DNA of 64,000 nucleotides. Origin: Armatimonadota bacterium (GTDB taxonomy: Bacteria > Armatimonadota > UBA5829 > DSUL01). Every line of letters starts with the position of its first letter. Positions within the stretch are counted from its first letter, which is position 1. Where the stretch lies: positions 224,001 to 288,000 of the forward strand of contig JBDHZC010000004.1 in NCBI GenBank assembly GCA_039811685.1, written 5' to 3'. Positions 8,920 through 19,674 of the stretch are shown one piece after another. Under the pieces are notes generated by a model. It was not told the origin of the DNA. It was given only the letters and a program-made list of their open reading frames with translations, and made no database searches. Made by a program: the position numbers and the translations under genes.

Positions 8920-9143
8920 GGTATCTCGTGTCAGCCGTGTAGTCCGCGCACGCTGATCAGCTTAATATAGCGAATCACCGGCCTGCGGTCAATCAGAAGC
9001 TGAAGGAGAGAGCGCAATACAGCCCAATTTCGTCCCCTGGAACCTGCCCCCGACTTTTGTTCGTTGGGCTAAAATGGAGTGGTTCGCACAGCCGCTCCCA
9101 GTGCGTCAGCATCCGCTCGGTCAACAGTAGGGGTTTTGTGTCT

Positions 9144-12107
9144 ATGTCTCAAGACAAAATCATCATTCACGGCGCGCGCCAGCACAACCTTAAAGATATC
9201 GATCTTGAGATTCCGCGCGACAAATTGGTGGTGATTACGGGACTGTCCGGCTCGGGCAAGTCTTCGCTGGCCTTTGACACCATTTATGCGGAGGGGCAAC
9301 GCCGGTATGTAGAGTCGCTCTCAGCCTACGCGCGGCAGTTTCTGGGGCAGATGGACAAGCCGGATGTTGACGACATTCAGGGGCTGTCACCCGCCGTCTC
9401 CATCGACCAGAAATCCACCACGCGCAATCCGCGCTCTACTGTTGGCACGGTGACGGAGATTTATGACTACCTGCGCCTGCTGTTTGCCAGGGTGGGGACC
9501 CCGCACTGTCCGAAGTGCGGTCAGGCGGTTGCCCAGCAGACCACAGAGCAGATTGTGGATACCGTCCTCAGCCTGCCGGAGGGTAGCCGGCTTCAGATTC
9601 TCGCTCCTCTCGTGCGTGGTCGCAAAGGCACGTATCAAACGGTTATTGACGACGTCCGCCAGCAGGGGTACGTCCGCGTGCGCGTTGACGGGCAGATGCA
9701 CGAGGTGACCGACGACATTGAGATGGATCGCTACAAGCAGCACACCATCGAGGTTGTCATTGACCGCATCGTGCTGCGCTCGGACGCCGGGCAGCGCATC
9801 TCTGATTCTATCTCCACGGCCCTGCGCTTGGCCGGTGGCAACGTGAGCGTTTTCGTTCAGTCCCGTAAAGAAGGCGACCAGGACGGCTTTGATGAGCAGG
9901 AGCTCACCTTCAGCGAACACTTCGCATGCCCGAACTGCGGCGTCAGTCTGGAAGAGGTCGCACCTCGTAACTTCTCCTTCAACTCTCCCTATGGCGCCTG
10001 CCCTGAGTGCCACGGGCTGGGTGCGTTTCAGAAGATAGACGCCGACCTTGTCATCCCGAACAAAAAGCTGTCAATCAATCAGGGAGCTATTGCGCCACTC
10101 GCTCGCTCGACCAGCGAATACTGGCAGAAGGTTCTAAAGGGAGTTGGCGAGGCGTACGGCTTTACAATGGATACGCCTGTTGAAGACCTGACTGCCAAAC
10201 AGTTTCAGATTTTGCTCAACGGTTCCGATCGGCAAATCGAAATACACTCTGAGAGCAGGTATGGGCGCGGGAGCGTGTGGCAGACCCGCTTTGAGGGCGT
10301 GCTCAACTGGCTGGACAGGCGCTACAGAGAATCGACGTCTCCTCAGCTTCGCGAAGAGACCGAAAGACTGATGACCAGCCACCCGTGTCCGTCCTGTCAC
10401 GGCGCTCGCCTGAAGCCGGAGAGCCTGGCCGTAACACTGGGGGATCGCAATATTTCGCAGGTGACGGAGCTGTCAGTCAGCGCCGCACTGGACTTCTTCG
10501 ACGGACTCGCTCTTTCTGAGCGTCAGCAGATTATCGCGCGGCAGGTCGTCAAAGAAATCAAAGTACGTCTAGGTTTTCTACGAGATGTTGGACTGACCTA
10601 CCTGACTCTCAACCGTGCAGCAGGCACGCTTGCGGGGGGCGAGGCTCAGCGCATCCGTCTTGCGACGCAGATAGGCTCCGGCCTGATGGGCGTCTTGTAC
10701 ATTCTGGACGAACCAAGCATCGGGCTTCACCAGCGCGACAACCATCGCCTCATTGAGACTCTTGTGCGCCTGCGCGATCTCGGGAACACGATCATCGTTG
10801 TGGAGCATGACGAGGACACGATGCGGGCCGCGGACTGGATCATTGATATTGGTCCGGGAGCCGGAGAGCACGGCGGCTTTGTCGTGTCCGCAGGTCCGAT
10901 CGAGGAGATTATCAGAAATTCGGAGTCTTTTACCGGCCGCTACCTCGCCGGAGTTGAGCGCATCGAAGTCCCGGTTGAGCGCCGATCGCCAAACGGCAAG
11001 TTTGTCGAAGTCAAAGGCGCTACGCAGCACAACCTTAAGAACATAGACGTGCGCATCCCGCTTGGAGTATTTACCTGCGTGACCGGAGTCTCTGGTTCTG
11101 GCAAGTCGACTCTGATTCAGGAGACTTTGTATCCGCGGCTGATGCGCGAAGTCTATGGAACCTTCCGTGGCGCGGGCAAGCACAGAGAAATGAAGGGGGC
11201 GGAGAACGTCGACAAGGTCATCGACATCAATCAGTCCCCGATCGGTCGCACGCCGCGTTCAAATCCAGCCACCTACACGGGTGTTTTCGATATGATCCGG
11301 CAACTCTTCGCTCAGACTCCGGATGCCCGTATGCGTGGGTACAAGCCCGGCCGTTTCAGCTTCAACGTGAAGGGAGGCCGCTGCGAGTCATGCCACGGGG
11401 ATGGGATCATCAAGATTGAGATGCACTTCCTGCCGGACGTCTATATTCCGTGCGAGGTGTGCAAAGGCAAGCGTTATAACCGGGAAACGCTGGAGGTTCG
11501 CTACAAAGGCAAGACAATCGCGGACGTTCTGGACATGACCGTCCAACAGGCGCTGGAGTTCTTCCGAAATATTCCTCCCATCGCGCGAAAGCTCTCGACA
11601 ATTCACGATGTTGGACTGGACTATATCAAGCTGGGACAACCCGCGACACAGCTTTCGGGGGGTGAGGCCCAGCGCGTGAAGCTGGCTACGGAACTGGCCA
11701 AGCGCGGCACAGGGAAGACCCTGTATATTCTCGATGAGCCCACCACCGGACTCCATTTCCACGACATCAAGAAGCTGCTGGAAGTCTTGCAGCGCCTGAC
11801 TTCTCAGGGCAACTCTGTACTGGTTATTGAGCATAACCTGGACGTCATCAAGACAGCAGACTGGATTATTGATATGGGGCCGGAAGGTGGCGAGCAGGGC
11901 GGTACAGTCGTGGCGCTGGGGACACCAGAAGCTGTCGCCGCGTGCGAAGCCAGTCATACCGGACGCTTTCTCAGGCCCATGCTGGACGCAGAGAAAGTGC
12001 AGCAGGCGGCGTTGAATGCCTCCATAGATTCAGCCTCCGAGAACGGCAGCGGCCGACGTCGTCCGGCTAGAAAAAGCGCGGTGAAAAAGGTGGAGGCTGC
12101 CGCTTAG
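9144..12107 (+). CDS. uvrA: Excinuclease ABC subunit A
   Basis: [33 protein letters not shown] and zinc-finger CxxC motifs. Start at MSQDKI. Confidence 0.97.
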   Translation: MSQDKIIIHGARQHNLKDIDLEIPRDKLVVITGLSGSGKSSLAFDTIYAEGQRRYVESLSAYARQFLGQMDKPDVDDIQGLSPAVSIDQKSTTRNPRSTVGTVTEIYDYLRLLFARVGTPHCPKCGQAVAQQTTEQIVDTVLSLPEGSRLQILAPLVRGRKGTYQTVIDDVRQQGYVRVRVDGQMHEVTDDIEMDRYKQHTIEVVIDRIVLRSDAGQRISDSISTALRLAGGNVSVFVQSRKEGDQDGFDEQELTFSEHFACPNCGVSLEEVAPRNFSFNSPYGACPECHGLGAFQKIDADLVIPNKKLSINQGAIAPLARSTSEYWQKVLKGVGEAYGFTMDTPVEDLTAKQFQILLNGSDRQIEIHSESRYGRGSVWQTRFEGVLNWLDRRYRESTSPQLREETERLMTSHPCPSCHGARLKPESLAVTLGDRNISQVTELSVSAALDFFDGLALSERQQIIARQVVKEIKVRLGFLRDVGLTYLTLNRAAGTLAGGEAQRIRLATQIGSGLMGVLYILDEPSIGLHQRDNHRLIETLVRLRDLGNTIIVVEHDEDTMRAADWIIDIGPGAGEHGGFVVSAGPIEEIIRNSESFTGRYLAGVERIEVPVERRSPNGKFVEVKGATQHNLKNIDVRIPLGVFTCVTGVSGSGKSTLIQETLYPRLMREVYGTFRGAGKHREMKGAENVDKVIDINQSPIGRTPRSNPATYTGVFDMIRQLFAQTPDARMRGYKPGRFSFNVKGGRCESCHGDGIIKIEMHFLPDVYIPCEVCKGKRYNRETLEVRYKGKTIADVLDMTVQQALEFFRNIPPIARKLSTIHDVGLDYIKLGQPATQLSGGEAQRVKLATELAKRGTGKTLYILDEPTTGLHFHDIKKLLEVLQRLTSQGNSVLVIEHNLDVIKTADWIIDMGPEGGEQGGTVVALGTPEAVAACEASHTGRFLRPMLDAEKVQQAALNASIDSASENGSGRRRPARKSAVKKVEAAA

Positions 12108-12116
12108 AGGGACGCC

Positions 12117-12782
12117 CTAGCTCTCCCGCTCGAAGACGACGCGGGCCGGGCTTCCGTCTGCGCCTGCGAACTTGGCGGGCAGGCAGATCATCTTCCACCA
12201 CCCACCGCCGACGTCCGTCAGATCCAGCCCTTCCACCGCAATGACGCGCGCGCCAAGGACGATATCGTGGACAGTATGCGAGCCTGTGTTGAAGCCTTCG
12301 ATAGAGAGATAGTCAACGCCAATCAGGCGAATTCCTCTCTCCACAAGCCAGCGTGCCCCCGACTCTCCAATGTGCGCATAGTCCCGGGTAAAATCTCTGA
12401 TTCGCATCAGACCTCGAGTCGTATTGGAAGTTCGCAGAATCAGGCGCTGGCATTCAGGCGTATTTTGCAGATCATTCGCTTCAATTGCGCCCCTATGCTG
12501 TGCCAGATCCAATACATAGGCGGGGCCAATCAGGGTGTCAAGATTGAGGGTATCCACTCCTTCATCGCAATCGACAAAGTGGCATGGGGCGTCGAGGTGG
12601 GTTCCGGCATGGGCGGAAAAGCGCGCGTGAGTGAGGTTGCAGGAGTCACCGTTGCGGATTGAGGAAATGCGTTGTAACTCAACGGGTGGGTCTGTCGGCC
12701 AGACCGGCGTACCCGGCCCAAGCGGGACGGAAGCGTCTACGCGGGTTGTCCGGCGTGCATCCTGCATTGTGGAGCGGCTCAC
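12117..12782 (-). CDS. Cyclase family metal hydrolase (kynurenine formamidase-like)
   Basis: HAGTHLDAPCHF, GVDYLS, ADGSPAR. GTGA overlap with the upstream gene. Confidence 0.9.
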   Translation of the reverse strand: MSRSTMQDARRTTRVDASVPLGPGTPVWPTDPPVELQRISSIRNGDSCNLTHARFSAHAGTHLDAPCHFVDCDEGVDTLNLDTLIGPAYVLDLAQHRGAIEANDLQNTPECQRLILRTSNTTRGLMRIRDFTRDYAHIGESGARWLVERGIRLIGVDYLSIEGFNTGSHTVHDIVLGARVIAVEGLDLTDVGGGWWKMICLPAKFAGADGSPARVVFERES

Positions 12783-13018
12783 TCCTGGATCAGTATTCGG
12801 ATTCGACTTCTCAGAGTCTCAGGACACCGGCACTCCTGTCCCTTTTCTCTCACAACTTTCCAGAATGAGGCCTCGAACTCGAACAGCCCGCAGCAGTGTC
12901 TGCAAATGTTCAGGTGCTCTTCGACCTCTTCAAGTGATGCAGTCGCGCCTTCCCTGTCAAGGAATTCGTACAACCGCGCGACTGCCTCCCGGCAGCTAAT
13001 CTGTCTGCGTTCCGACAT
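12779..13018 (-). CDS. Zinc-binding anti-sigma factor (zf-HC2, RshA/RsrA-like)
   Basis: [13 protein letters not shown] and HLNICRHC (HxxxCxxC), directly downstream of the ECF sigma. Confidence 0.88.
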   Translation of the reverse strand: MSERRQISCREAVARLYEFLDREGATASLEEVEEHLNICRHCCGLFEFEASFWKVVREKGQECRCPETLRSRIRILIQE

Positions 13019-13577
13019 ATCCCATTTCACGAGCCTGCTCGTAAAGCAATTTCTGTAAGAGTTTGCGCCCTCGATAGAGCCGAGAGCGGACGGTGCCAAT
13101 TGGAATCCCGAGAATGTCCGCGATTTCCTGATACGCGAATCCTTCCACAGCGTTCAGAATGACAACCATTCGGAACTCCTCTGGGAGCTTGTCGATGGCG
13201 GCCATAATGTCCTCGTGGACGAACTTCCCCAGGACCTGGGATTCCGGGTTTTCCGATCCCTGATTGTTGCGGCTGACTTCATTGAGAAAGTAGAAGTCTT
13301 CAACTTCTGGCAGATCAACACGTTCTGGCTCTCTGGATTTCTTTCGGTAGCTGTTGATGAACGTGTTGGCCAAAATTCTAAACAGCCACGCCCTGATGTT
13401 TGTTCCGCGTTTGTACTGATCAAAGTGACGAAATGCAAGCAGCATTGTCTCCTGAACCAGGTCTTCGGCCTCCGCGGGGTTGCGCGTCATGCGCATTGCG
13501 CCCGAATAGAGGCTGTCCAGGTGCGGAATGGCCAGTTCTTCAAATTCTCTGCGTGTGCTGTTATCTGTTGCCGTCAT
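12996..13577 (-). CDS. ECF RNA polymerase sigma factor (SigH/SigR-like)
   Basis: [30 protein letters not shown]. Start estimated at MTATDN. Confidence 0.92.
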   Translation of the reverse strand: MTATDNSTRREFEELAIPHLDSLYSGAMRMTRNPAEAEDLVQETMLLAFRHFDQYKRGTNIRAWLFRILANTFINSYRKKSREPERVDLPEVEDFYFLNEVSRNNQGSENPESQVLGKFVHEDIMAAIDKLPEEFRMVVILNAVEGFAYQEIADILGIPIGTVRSRLYRGRKLLQKLLYEQAREMGYVGTQTD

Positions 13578-13769
13578 GGTCGCATGCCCTGCTGCAGCTT
13601 CGTGGGCACAAGTTCGCCTGTTCTGGAGCGCCGCATCTCCAGCTAGCCGGAGTATACCCAAGCCACTCGGATAAGGCTACAGCGAACGGCCTGATACTCC
13701 GCTCGGCCTGAATTCTTGTTTGCGCAATGCGCCGACTGCAGTACAGAGTGTAGGGCGAGGTCTAATTCA

Positions 13770-14300
13770 TTGTCAGATCTATTTCCCATCTACTGCCGCT
13801 CGTGCCACAAGCAGATTGACGCCTCAGCTCGCGTCTGTCCGTTTTGCGGAGAGGCGCAGGGACTGAGCGGCGCCACTCCATCTCCTCCCGCATATACACC
13901 CGGCCCTTCGCAGCAAGCCTCTCAGAGCGCTACCGCAACCCAGACGTCTGCCGGCGCCCTGGATTTTTGCCCGTATTGTCAGACGCAGGTCACTTCTGGA
14001 GATATTTACTGTCGCGCATGTGGACATGCGCTTGTGCCCGGTGTCCGGATGTCCGACTCAGATGTCGCGCAGGCCTATGCTATCAGCGCTGTCATAGCAG
14101 CTCTGCTGTGCGCTTCCCCGGCGGCGGTCGTTCTTGGCTTGATTGCGATGGTTAAGGGGTCTCGCGGTCTGGGCTGTGCGGCTATTGTTCTGTTTCTTAT
14201 GGTCAGCGCCGTGTTGGCGTGGATGTCATTTGGCGCTGTGCACTCTCTGCTTCCACACGCTCTTCCCAGGTCTTTGCCCGGGCTGGGGCTGCCCGAGTGA
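13770..14300 (+). CDS. Double zinc-ribbon membrane protein
   Basis: CRSC..CPFC and CPYC..CRAC, then two hydrophobic helices. TTG start is uncertain. Confidence 0.75.
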   Translation: MSDLFPIYCRSCHKQIDASARVCPFCGEAQGLSGATPSPPAYTPGPSQQASQSATATQTSAGALDFCPYCQTQVTSGDIYCRACGHALVPGVRMSDSDVAQAYAISAVIAALLCASPAAVVLGLIAMVKGSRGLGCAAIVLFLMVSAVLAWMSFGAVHSLLPHALPRSLPGLGLPE

Positions 14301-14330
14301 ACCAAAGACGCTGGATTTTCGGTATTATTA

Positions 14331-14753
14331 GTGTGGCGGATGTCGAGCGGCCGACTGACCTGTGTCAATCGGTACAGTGTCAGTAGGAAAGTCCGGGCTC
14401 CACAGGGCAGGGTGCCGGATAACGTCCGGGGCCGGACGGGGCTGCGCTCCCAGAGCGCTCAGGCCTCCAGGAGCGATACGCGTCCGGTACGGAAAGTGCC
14501 ACAGAAAAGAAAACTCTGACGCGCGGTTGGGATTTCCCGCCAGCGCTCAGAAAAGCTGAAACGGTGGTGTAAGAGACCACCAGGCCCGTCGAGAGGCGGG
14601 CGCTGGGTAAACCCCACCTGGAGCAAGGCAAGGAGAGGGAGCCCGCGGCCCGCGGTTTCCTCTCCGGTGCAGACCGCTTGAGCCGCAGCGCAAGCTGCGG
14701 CCTAGATAGATGGCCGCATAGAACAGAACCCGGCTTACGGACATCCGCCACGC
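14331..14753 (+). ncRNA. rnpB: RNase P RNA, bacterial type A
   Basis: AGGAAAGTCCGGGCTCC, GGAAAGTGCCACAGAAA, GGTAAACCCCACCTGGAGCAAG, ACAGAACCCGGCTTAC; P1 GTGGCGGATGTC/GACATCCGCCAC. Confidence 0.97.
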
Positions 14754-14923
14754 TTTCGGTCCTGCCAGGACATGTTCGGACTGTCTGCTCTGATTTCCCG
14801 TTGGGCCGCCTTTTCACTTGGTAAGACACCGTCCGCGCTGTAGTTTGTATAAGTTATCTCAACATAGTTGTATTCACCTGGACTGTTAAGAGGGGTTGGT
14901 AAGGGCACTGAACTAACAGCCAC

Positions 14924-15508
14924 TCACGCACTCTTATCGCTGAGTGCCCGCTCAATTCTTGTATCTGGAATCAGCCACATAACAGCTACCAGCACAAAGA
15001 TTGTCTGAGCCAGCCATGGCCGCACGAAAGCAAGTGCGAACGCCAGCAAATACAGCAGTGTTGATGCCTTCCCCTTCTGATCTTTGCCGATGGCCTTCTT
15101 GAGAACTGAATCCGTGCCCTGAGAGCGGATGATCGCTGCTTGAAGAACAAAGTAAGCAGTGGCTGTGGCCAGAAGATCGATCGCGTAAACGGCGGTCGGA
15201 AGGGTCGAATCGTGGTTGTTTCCCATCCATCCTGTAGTCACGGGCAATAGCGACAGCCAGAAGAGCAGATGGAGATTCGCCCAGAGAATCGCTCCCGTCA
15301 CGCGTTTACATGTGTGCAGCATGTGATGGTGGTTGTTCCAGTAGATACCAACATAGATGAAGCTCAGCACGTAGCTGAGAAAAACCGGCAGAAGCCCGGA
15401 CAAGGCGCCAGCTGTATTGCCGTGCGGGACTTTGAGCTCCAGGACCATAATCGTGATGATTATCGCCAGTACGCCGTCGCTGAAAGCCTCCATCCGTCCT
15501 GTGCCCAC
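14924..15508 (-). CDS. TMEM175 family potassium channel
   Basis: RMEAFSDGVLAIIITIMVLEL and YWNNHHH. Confidence 0.92.
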   Translation of the reverse strand: MGTGRMEAFSDGVLAIIITIMVLELKVPHGNTAGALSGLLPVFLSYVLSFIYVGIYWNNHHHMLHTCKRVTGAILWANLHLLFWLSLLPVTTGWMGNNHDSTLPTAVYAIDLLATATAYFVLQAAIIRSQGTDSVLKKAIGKDQKGKASTLLYLLAFALAFVRPWLAQTIFVLVAVMWLIPDTRIERALSDKSA

Positions 15509-15627
15509 TGCTGTCTTGCTCCACCCTCCTCTTGGCTGACGCGCGCATTATAATCAAGGCAAATATCGCCCGGCACGCTGCGCTCGCGGGCAAGCTGGTC
15601 CTGCCTTGGCAGTAGTAAGATGAGCCT

Positions 15628-16236
15628 ATGACTACTGAGAGACTCCAGCAACAGATAGGATTCATCCTTGAGATCGACAAGCTCAAACGGGTATTGCGGC
15701 AGACTGTGCTCACCGATGCCTCGCGTCCGGAAAACAGCGCCGAACACTCGTGGCACATTGCGCTGATGGCCTTTCTTCTTCAGGACTACGCCGCGGGCGA
15801 TATCGACCCAATGCGCGTGGCAAAAATGCTCCTCATTCACGACATCGTGGAGATCGATTGCGGAGACACGTATTGCTACGACGAGCAGGGGATGATCGGC
15901 AAGTACGAACGTGAGCAGGCGGCGGCAAAGCGGATTTTCGGTCTTCTGCCAGCGGATCAGTCAGCAGAGCTTCTGGAGCTTTGGGAAGAGTTCGAGGCGC
16001 GAGAGACGAATGACTCCCGATACGCCAATGCGCTGGATCGCTTCCAGCCATTGCTGCACAACTTTGCGACTGAGGGACTGACGTGGCGCGACCACGGCGT
16101 AACTGCGGACAAAGTCCTGGCGCGCAACCAGCACATTGCGGATGGCGCGCCGGATGTGTGGGAGTATGCCAGAGAAATGATCCGGGAAGCAGTAGCTCGG
16201 GGCTATCTTCTTGAGTCGAAAAAGTCTCCTCTCTGA
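15628..16236 (+). CDS. HD-domain hydrolase (YfbR/HDDC2-like)
   Basis: ENSAEHSWH, LIHDIVEID, ALDRFQP. Confidence 0.9.
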   Translation: MTTERLQQQIGFILEIDKLKRVLRQTVLTDASRPENSAEHSWHIALMAFLLQDYAAGDIDPMRVAKMLLIHDIVEIDCGDTYCYDEQGMIGKYEREQAAAKRIFGLLPADQSAELLELWEEFEARETNDSRYANALDRFQPLLHNFATEGLTWRDHGVTADKVLARNQHIADGAPDVWEYAREMIREAVARGYLLESKKSPL

Positions 16237-16353
16237 GTGCCGCGCGCGGAAGGTCTTGACAGGGCAATTCTCGAAGCTTTTCCAACATACAGGCGGCTGT
16301 GCCGCTATCTGTCCATGGTACGATCCGGTGATTCACAGTTGGTAGAGGTGCGA

Positions 16354-17364
16354 GTGAAGGTTAAGCTTCTGATGACTGCGTTTGTTTGCGCTGCGGCTGT
16401 TTATATGGCCGGGTGCTCAAAAACGCGATCTGAAAATCCTGCCCGGAGCAGTCGTAGCGCGTTGACGATTGCCGTGATTCCGAAGGGCACCACGCACGAT
16501 TTCTGGAAAGCGGTGCATGCCGGCGCCGAGAAAGCCGCGCGAGAGCTCGACGTAAAAGTGAGCTGGCAGGGGCCGCTCAAGGAAGACGACAGAGAGGCGC
16601 AAATCCGCACTGTCGAAGACTTTGTCAACTCGGGTGTCTCCGGCATCTGCCTGGCGCCGTTGGACGACACCGCTCTGGTGACTCCGGTCAACAGCGCTGT
16701 GCAGCAGAATATCCCCGTCGTTATCTTTGATTCTGACCTCAAGAGTGACCGCTACACCAGTTTTGTCGCCACAGACAACTACAAAGGCGGGCAGCTTGCC
16801 GGTCACCATATGATCAGTCTGCTGAACGGCAAAGGGCGCGTGCTGGTCCTGCGTTATCAGGAAGGCAGCGACAGTACTTTCAGGCGGGAATCGGGCTTTC
16901 TGGACGCACTCAGGAAGAGTCCGGGAATAAAGGTCATCAGCGCGAATCAGTACGGCGGTGCGACGCGAGATTCGGCGCTGCGTGCCAGTGAAGACCTCCT
17001 GACGCCGCTGAAGCAGGGCGCAGGAATCCAGGTCGACGGCATCTTCTGTCCAAATGAGTCAACAACCTTTGGAATGATGCGAGCGCTGGAAAACGCCAAA
17101 GTCGCAGGCACTGTCAAGTTTGTCGGCTTTGACAGCGCTCACGAACTGGTGGACGGACTGAAAAACGGACACGTGAATGCCCTCGTCGTCCAGAATCCAC
17201 TGAAAATGGGTTATCTGTCTGTCAAGACGATGGTACAGCATATCCGGGGCGAAGCAGTCCCAAAACGCATTGATACTGGCGTGGAGCTTGTGACGCGGGA
17301 CAACATGGATCAGCCTGCTGTCAAGGATCTGCTGAATCCTCCAATTGAGAAGTGGCTGAAGTAG
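16354..17364 (+). CDS. Sugar ABC transporter substrate-binding lipoprotein (RbsB-like)
   Basis: Lipobox MAGC, ATDNYKGG, VGFDS, VVQNPLKMG. Start is uncertain. Confidence 0.88.
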   Translation: MKVKLLMTAFVCAAAVYMAGCSKTRSENPARSSRSALTIAVIPKGTTHDFWKAVHAGAEKAARELDVKVSWQGPLKEDDREAQIRTVEDFVNSGVSGICLAPLDDTALVTPVNSAVQQNIPVVIFDSDLKSDRYTSFVATDNYKGGQLAGHHMISLLNGKGRVLVLRYQEGSDSTFRRESGFLDALRKSPGIKVISANQYGGATRDSALRASEDLLTPLKQGAGIQVDGIFCPNESTTFGMMRALENAKVAGTVKFVGFDSAHELVDGLKNGHVNALVVQNPLKMGYLSVKTMVQHIRGEAVPKRIDTGVELVTRDNMDQPAVKDLLNPPIEKWLK

Positions 17365-17398
17365 CCGCACGGCACAGACTTCGGAGCTGCCGGGGCTG

Positions 17399-18394
17399 GT
17401 GAGCGTCTGCAACAGGCTACTCGCTGCAGCGGAAAAAGCTCTGTTGGTCGCCTGGGTAGGCCCCGGACTTGGTCTTGTCTTCGTCTATCTTCTCTTCTTT
17501 TTTCACGCTCAGCCCTCGTTTCACAGTTGGGGAAACACGGAGACGATCTTCCGTCAGACGTCTATCGTTGGCACGGCGGCTATTGGCCTGACCCTGGTCA
17601 TCATTGCTGGCGGTATTGACCTGTCGGTGGGATCGGTTGTCGCTGTCTGCACAGTTGCGACCGCGCTGCTGCTGCGTGCCGGGGCGCCCTCTATTGTCGC
17701 GGGGCTGGCGTCTATCTTTCTCGGCCTGATCACGGGCTTTATAAATGGCCTCATCATCACAAAGCTGCGCGTCGTACCGTTCATTGTCACGCTTGGCACT
17801 CTGTCGGTATTCCGTGGACTCGCCAAGGGTCTGGCGCTGGAGCAGACCGTAAGCGCCCCCTCCACCTGGATCAATGGTATCCTCGCCGCGCTCAGCCCGG
17901 ACAAGCGCTGGATGTTGTTTCCGATTGGCGTCTGGGTTATGGCGCTTGTGGCAGCTCTGGTCGCAGTACTCTTGCGCGTGACAAGGCTCGGCCGCTACTT
18001 CTTTGCGATTGGCTCAAACGAACAGGCGGCAAGGCTCAGTGGGGTGCCGGTAGACCGGGCAAAGGTTTGTGTTTACACGCTGGCAGGCGCTCTGGCTGGT
18101 CTTGCCGGGTTGATGCAGTTCTCCCGCCTGACGGTCGGTGACCCGACTGTCGCTGTTGGACTCGAGCTCGACGTGATCGCCGCCGTCGTGATAGGAGGTG
18201 GAAGCCTCAGCGGCGGGCAGGGTTCGGTACCCGGATCGCTCTTTGGCGCGCTTATCATGACGGTTATCAGCAACGGTTGCCGCCAGGTTACTCCTCCGTT
18301 GCCAAACTGGACTCAGGAAATCATAACAGGCGCCATCATTGTTCTCGCCGTTGCTGTTGATCGCCTCAGACAGAGCCGCCGCATGGCACATTAG
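17399..18394 (+). CDS. Sugar ABC transporter permease (RbsC-like)
   Basis: GGIDLSVGS, GSNEQAARLSG, ELDVIAAVVIGG. Confidence 0.92.
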   Translation: MSVCNRLLAAAEKALLVAWVGPGLGLVFVYLLFFFHAQPSFHSWGNTETIFRQTSIVGTAAIGLTLVIIAGGIDLSVGSVVAVCTVATALLLRAGAPSIVAGLASIFLGLITGFINGLIITKLRVVPFIVTLGTLSVFRGLAKGLALEQTVSAPSTWINGILAALSPDKRWMLFPIGVWVMALVAALVAVLLRVTRLGRYFFAIGSNEQAARLSGVPVDRAKVCVYTLAGALAGLAGLMQFSRLTVGDPTVAVGLELDVIAAVVIGGGSLSGGQGSVPGSLFGALIMTVISNGCRQVTPPLPNWTQEIITGAIIVLAVAVDRLRQSRRMAH

Positions 18395-18458
18395 GCTTTT
18401 CGACGTTCTCACTCTCGACGTCTCCTCTTATGAAGAAACGCTCACCAATGCTGATACA

Positions 18459-19610
18459 ATGACTGTATCTGTCATGAACGCGCCGACTTCCGCCTACATC
18501 CATATCCCGTTCTGCGCTGCCAAGTGTGGGTACTGCGATTTCAACTCTTACGCGGGGTTGATGCCGTTGGCCGACCGCTATGTGGAGGCGCTGTGCCGCC
18601 ACATCGAGACTGCAAATGCACACCTTCGAGCCCCTCTCAAGACAGTCTTTTTCGGCGGAGGGACGCCCAGCATCCTTCAAGCCCGTCACCTCGAGCGCAT
18701 TCTCCACTGTCTGCGGCAGACCTTTGGCCTCGATCCGGATGCGGAAGTCACTCTGGAAGCCAACCCTGAATCGGCGACCTTTCAAAAGCTGTGCAAGACA
18801 CGGGAAGCTGGCTTCAATCGCATCAGCATCGGCGCGCAGTCCTTTGACGACAGTGTTCTTGAGTCGCTCGGCCGCGTGCACACGCATCAGCGCTTTCTGA
18901 GCGCTTTGGCAGATGCGAGGCGCGCGGGTTATGCGAATATAAGCTTCGATCTTATGTTCGCTCTGCCCGGGCAGACACTCCAGAATGTGCTTGAGACAGT
19001 GCGTCAGGCTATCCAGCTCGCGCCTGAGCACATTTCAGCCTACTGTCTCACAGTCGAAGAGGGCACGGACTTTCACAGGCTTCACCGTCTGGGCAAACTG
19101 GAGTTGCCGGACGAAGACCTGCAGGCCGAGATGTTCCTCTCCATCCAGTCAGCCCTGACTCAAGCGAACTTTGAACACTATGAAATCTCCAATTATGCCC
19201 GCCCGGGCTTTCGGTGCCGGCACAACGAAGTTTACTGGCGCAATGAACCCTACTGGGGTTTCGGGACAGGGGCTGTCGGCTACGTTCAGGGACAGCGTAC
19301 AAAGTGGGAGATCAATCCGCGCGACTACATTGAACAGATTGAGCAAGCCGGTCAGCCGAGGGTAGAGGAATCAGAAAAGCTGGAGGGCAGGGCGCTACTT
19401 GGAGAGACTATCATGCTGGCGCTTCGTACGGCGGAGGGGATCGATCTCGACAGTGTATCACAGCGCTTTGGCACAGACGTCGCTGCGTGTTACTCGGGCG
19501 AGATTCAGCGATTCTCTGCGGCTGGAGTCCTGCAGCGCTCTGGAAGCACGCTTTGCCTGACAAAAGACGGTCTTCTGCTGGCAAATGAGATTCTTTGTGA
19601 GTTCCTCTAG
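18459..19610 (+). CDS. hemW: Radical SAM heme chaperone HemW (HemN-like)
   Basis: YIHIPFCAAKCGYCDFN, GGGTPS, YEISNY, HNEVYW. Start is 18459 or 18474. Confidence 0.88.
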   Translation: MTVSVMNAPTSAYIHIPFCAAKCGYCDFNSYAGLMPLADRYVEALCRHIETANAHLRAPLKTVFFGGGTPSILQARHLERILHCLRQTFGLDPDAEVTLEANPESATFQKLCKTREAGFNRISIGAQSFDDSVLESLGRVHTHQRFLSALADARRAGYANISFDLMFALPGQTLQNVLETVRQAIQLAPEHISAYCLTVEEGTDFHRLHRLGKLELPDEDLQAEMFLSIQSALTQANFEHYEISNYARPGFRCRHNEVYWRNEPYWGFGTGAVGYVQGQRTKWEINPRDYIEQIEQAGQPRVEESEKLEGRALLGETIMLALRTAEGIDLDSVSQRFGTDVAACYSGEIQRFSAAGVLQRSGSTLCLTKDGLLLANEILCEFL

Positions 19611-19645
19611 TCGGCGGACTACGGGCGGTGAACGCGATTTCGTCC

Positions 19646-19674
19646 TTGACAGCAGCCTGTGCGTGACTTATATT
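19646..19674 (+). promoter_or_regulatory. Sigma70-type promoter
   Basis: TTGACA-17 nt-TATATT, about 240 nt upstream of the GHL10 gene. Confidence 0.7.

Noticed and set aside
8920..9143. LexA box upstream of uvrA
   Set aside because: GAAC/GTTC half-sites are present, but the spacing fits neither GAAC-N4-GTTC nor GTTC-N7-GTTC.
14331..14829. Short ORFs over 14.3-14.8 kb
   Set aside because: Explained by rnpB.
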